From positions 1 through 17,753 of the forward strand of contig CBFDTI010000024.1 in NCBI GenBank assembly GCA_965612795.1: a stretch of DNA of 17,753 nt, written 5' to 3'. Origin of the DNA: an uncultured bacterium (GTDB lineage: Bacteria > Hydrothermota > UBA3073 > NMUJ01). The notes beneath the pieces are model-generated. The model did not search any database and had not been told where the DNA came from. It saw only the letters and a list, made by a program, of their open reading frames with translations. Below are positions 15,074 through 17,753 of the stretch, in pieces. Position numbers and translations under genes: made by a program. Each line of letters opens with the position of its first letter. The stretch's first letter is position 1.

Positions 15074-17195
15074 GCAAGATCACAAACGGTATTCCCATAA
15101 AAATTAACGTAGCAAATACCCCATAGAGTGGCATAAATATAAAAGGTACGAATATCGCACCAATAAACGATCCTATAAGATCTGCTGTATACAAGATGCT
15201 CGCTGCATATTTGCCAGCAACACCATGTGTTACTAACGAGCGTATAGCTACCGGGAATGCACAACCTACGAAATAACCCATCACAAAATTAAGTATTGGG
15301 AAGCAATGCATTACCACCCACCACGTATAGGTTCTCGTGAGCCACAGTATTCCACACAAAACAAACAAGAACCCCAGTATTCCTGCCTCTATCGATTTTA
15401 GGTTACCTTTGTGTGCACCACGGGTGGCTCCTACCGTCAATCCCAGCATGAAGATGCCGGATAGTATCCCAAGATAATGATAAAGGTATCCGTAGATTAT
15501 TTGAAACCCTGTCAACAGCAGTATATTAACTCCCATGGCCGCAAACCCTATCACCCCTATCTCTAATATCCTTTTACGTACATAGTTGCGGGCTAGACCA
15601 ATAACCGCTATTATTACCGCTATCCATAAAATTACTGATAGCCAAATAGGTACATTTTGTAGCCACCAAAATAGTTTGCCGAGGTATCCAGCAAAATAGT
15701 AGCTCCTATGTATAAGATGATAGTAAGCAGCTACAGGATGAAAGTCATGATTCAACTTACCCTCGTAGCTTTCAAGCTTATCCACCACAAATTGTATTCT
15801 TTCCGGTAATAACATTCCGTATAAATAGCCTGCACGAAAGTAGGAGGGTATAACACCCGCTTTATAGCAACGCATCTCAAGTGTATCGGATACCAAACTA
15901 TGATAGTTTCCACCCTTTGACGCTATAAAAAAGAGCATTTCCCCCGGGATCACAGTCACTGTGTGAAATACTGATTTAAGACTTCGATATATACTACCAT
16001 TATATGCAAGTAATGCATGCGAAAAATAAGTGGGATCAGAGCTCACCTTCAAAAACAGTACACCCGTGGGTTTGAGTATATGTGCGATTTCATTAAAAAA
16101 CTCCACAGTGTAAAATCGATTACTGAGTGCAGATAATGGGTCACCTACATCGAGTAGCACTGCATCTAACAGTGGCCCCTCCCATCTTTTAAGTTTCAAC
16201 CGCTGATCGCCGATCATAATCTTAACCCTTGTATCACCAATAAAATTAGGATGCAAATTCCGTATCACAAACTTTAAATATTGCTTATCCAGTATCAACC
16301 AGTACAGGGTGTCGGGGTTGAAATTTAATGCCGCTCCGATAACTTGTGGATTATAAGTTACTATCGCTATATGGTCAACTTGTGGTGTCTCCACCAGTGG
16401 GAAATAGGTTTGCAATTCGGTAACTTCTTCCAAAGGATAAGAAAATGCAATACCACCATTAACAAATACTGTGTTTAACCCAACCCGTTGGGTTAATACA
16501 ATATCATGGTATATTGAATGTTCGTAATCCACAACCTTATAGTTAGGATACGCCATCCGCATGATAGGGTTTTCGAGTTTAAAAGCAAACGGTACAGCAG
16601 CTATTATGATATACCCCATGAAACGCCACCTTTTGAACCTCAAATAAGTTGCAGAAATTAAGTTAGCTCCCATAAAAAGAAAGAGTGTAGGTAACGAAAA
16701 CATACGCACAAAGAGGTAGCCATACAATAATCCACCTGTCATATCACCTATAGCATCTATCACATATACTGAAGTGATACCTTTAACAGCACTCTTTTTA
16801 ACCCTCTCATAAAGGTCGCACGCATTAATAAAAAGTATGCCGTTCAGCACAGCTATAGGAATAAGTGTTACAAATGATAACAATGCTATCACCTCTAATG
16901 GAAATATCATACCTAACGGCACATGTATAAGAGTGCGTAGATTTCTGACAAATAGATATTCGAGTGGCAACACAACCCCCATCCCTACTTGGGATGTAAA
17001 AAAGAGCTCACCTCTAAACCGTTTTCCTATGTAGCTACCCAATGCCGTGAATACCAACCACCCCGCAAGTATAAAGCCAAGCGCTATCTCGCTACCATAA
17101 AATATATTTACAAGCTCACGTGTGAATAAAGTTTGTGAAAGCACAGATGTGATACCTACCAGTAAAAAGCCACCCGCTAATGAGGTTGCACCCAT
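15063..17195 (-). CDS. Membrane-fused spermidine-synthase-like (aminopropyltransferase-fold) protein
   Basis: N-terminal multi-TM block (SQTLFTREL..FYGSE, VYVIDAIGDMTGG); central SpeE-like domain (SIYHDIVL, GDQR, DAVLLDVGDP, NRFYTVEFF, LKPTGV, NHDFHP); C-terminal TM block ending LYTADLIGSFIGA. Confidence 0.75.
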   Translation of the reverse strand: MGATSLAGGFLLVGITSVLSQTLFTRELVNIFYGSEIALGFILAGWLVFTALGSYIGKRFRGELFFTSQVGMGVVLPLEYLFVRNLRTLIHVPLGMIFPLEVIALLSFVTLIPIAVLNGILFINACDLYERVKKSAVKGITSVYVIDAIGDMTGGLLYGYLFVRMFSLPTLFLFMGANLISATYLRFKRWRFMGYIIIAAVPFAFKLENPIMRMAYPNYKVVDYEHSIYHDIVLTQRVGLNTVFVNGGIAFSYPLEEVTELQTYFPLVETPQVDHIAIVTYNPQVIGAALNFNPDTLYWLILDKQYLKFVIRNLHPNFIGDTRVKIMIGDQRLKLKRWEGPLLDAVLLDVGDPLSALSNRFYTVEFFNEIAHILKPTGVLFLKVSSDPTYFSHALLAYNGSIYRSLKSVFHTVTVIPGEMLFFIASKGGNYHSLVSDTLEMRCYKAGVIPSYFRAGYLYGMLLPERIQFVVDKLESYEGKLNHDFHPVAAYYHLIHRSYYFAGYLGKLFWWLQNVPIWLSVILWIAVIIAVIGLARNYVRKRILEIGVIGFAAMGVNILLLTGFQIIYGYLYHYLGILSGIFMLGLTVGATRGAHKGNLKSIEAGILGFLFVLCGILWLTRTYTWWVVMHCFPILNFVMGYFVGCAFPVAIRSLVTHGVAGKYAASILYTADLIGSFIGAIFVPFIFMPLYGVFATLIFMGIPFVILLIL

Positions 17196-17753
17196 CTAAT
17201 GATTTCATTAACTTCATCTTCCGATAACGGCTTATTATTTGATGATAGCTTGATTAGATAGTAGTGTACATCACCTATGGTGGTTTGGTTAATGATGGGT
17301 TTATAGCGATCAAGCTTTGTATATAAAGTAGCAGGCAATGGTCGTAACGTCCCGATCGCTAGTATTGTGGCGTTATCTAAGTGATGTACCTCAGTGACGA
17401 GCTCTTTGCGCTCCTTCTGCATGCGCTTGTATATTTCGACCCCTAATTTTATCAGTTCATGCAGTTCATCTTCAGCTACCTCTAACCTATAGAAGTCATC
17501 CATCGAGTAGTAAAACTCGCGTGCTATCTCCCAGAAGGCAGGGAACTCCTTTCGTAGCGCATTTATTCGTGCCATGTCTTGTTTTCTCACACCTTCATCG
17601 AAATCCCGAAACTTCCCAAACACCTCACTTAATACCGCATGTAGGGTTTCATAAACCTTTTCAATGATAGGTATGACTCTGAGGTCTGCCTGCACCTCTA
17701 TCGTGAAATACTGGGTATCCATTAACGGGCGAGGCGGTTCACTATTTACAACC
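17177..17753 (-). CDS. Hypothetical protein, probably the C-terminal part of a longer ORF
   Basis: Track ORF is 17177-17722, but the frame stays open to the window edge (VVNSEPPRPL-MDTQ) and there is no SD before ATG 17722. Overlaps the downstream gene start by 19 nt. Confidence 0.65.
   Translation of the reverse strand, partial: VVNSEPPRPLMDTQYFTIEVQADLRVIPIIEKVYETLHAVLSEVFGKFRDFDEGVRKQDMARINALRKEFPAFWEIAREFYYSMDDFYRLEVAEDELHELIKLGVEIYKRMQKERKELVTEVHHLDNATILAIGTLRPLPATLYTKLDRYKPIINQTTIGDVHYYLIKLSSNNKPLSEDEVNEIIRWVQPH

Noticed and set aside
10878..17034. Remaining short opposite-strand ORFs over dnaN, dnaA, gpsA, mgtE and the SpeE-like gene
   Set aside because: Shadow ORFs without motifs or SDs.

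Overview
Core-chromosome segment of a bacterium containing the replication-origin region. The six-domain ribosomal protein S1 suggests a diderm; the E/K/V/I-rich proteins and a Thermotoga-like Na+-PPase weakly suggest a thermophilic anaerobe (inference, lineage not determined). Left, minus strand: ispH-rpsA-GT2 glycosyltransferase-rpiB (rpiB is truncated and missing from the ORF track). Divergent, plus strand: nitroreductase-glmM-glmS. Centre, minus strand: dnaA-(oriC)-dnaN-hppA-tRNA-Pro(CGG)-DUF59/SufT. Right: gpsA-mgtE on plus, converging on a membrane-fused spermidine-synthase-like gene and a probably 5'-truncated hypothetical ORF. I saw no mobile element, CRISPR array or defence system. 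The most unusual features are: (1) the hppA reading frame runs into the tRNA-Pro gene and takes its stop codon from the D-loop, and the next gene starts 6 nt after the CCA-less tRNA; (2) a bipartite origin built from TTTTCCACA boxes, paired with a DnaA domain IV reading LKEIG rather than LPEIG; (3) non-canonical neighbours of dnaA-dnaN; (4) an aminopropyltransferase-like membrane protein with degenerate SAM-binding motifs. All calls are from reading the sequence by eye; no searches were run.
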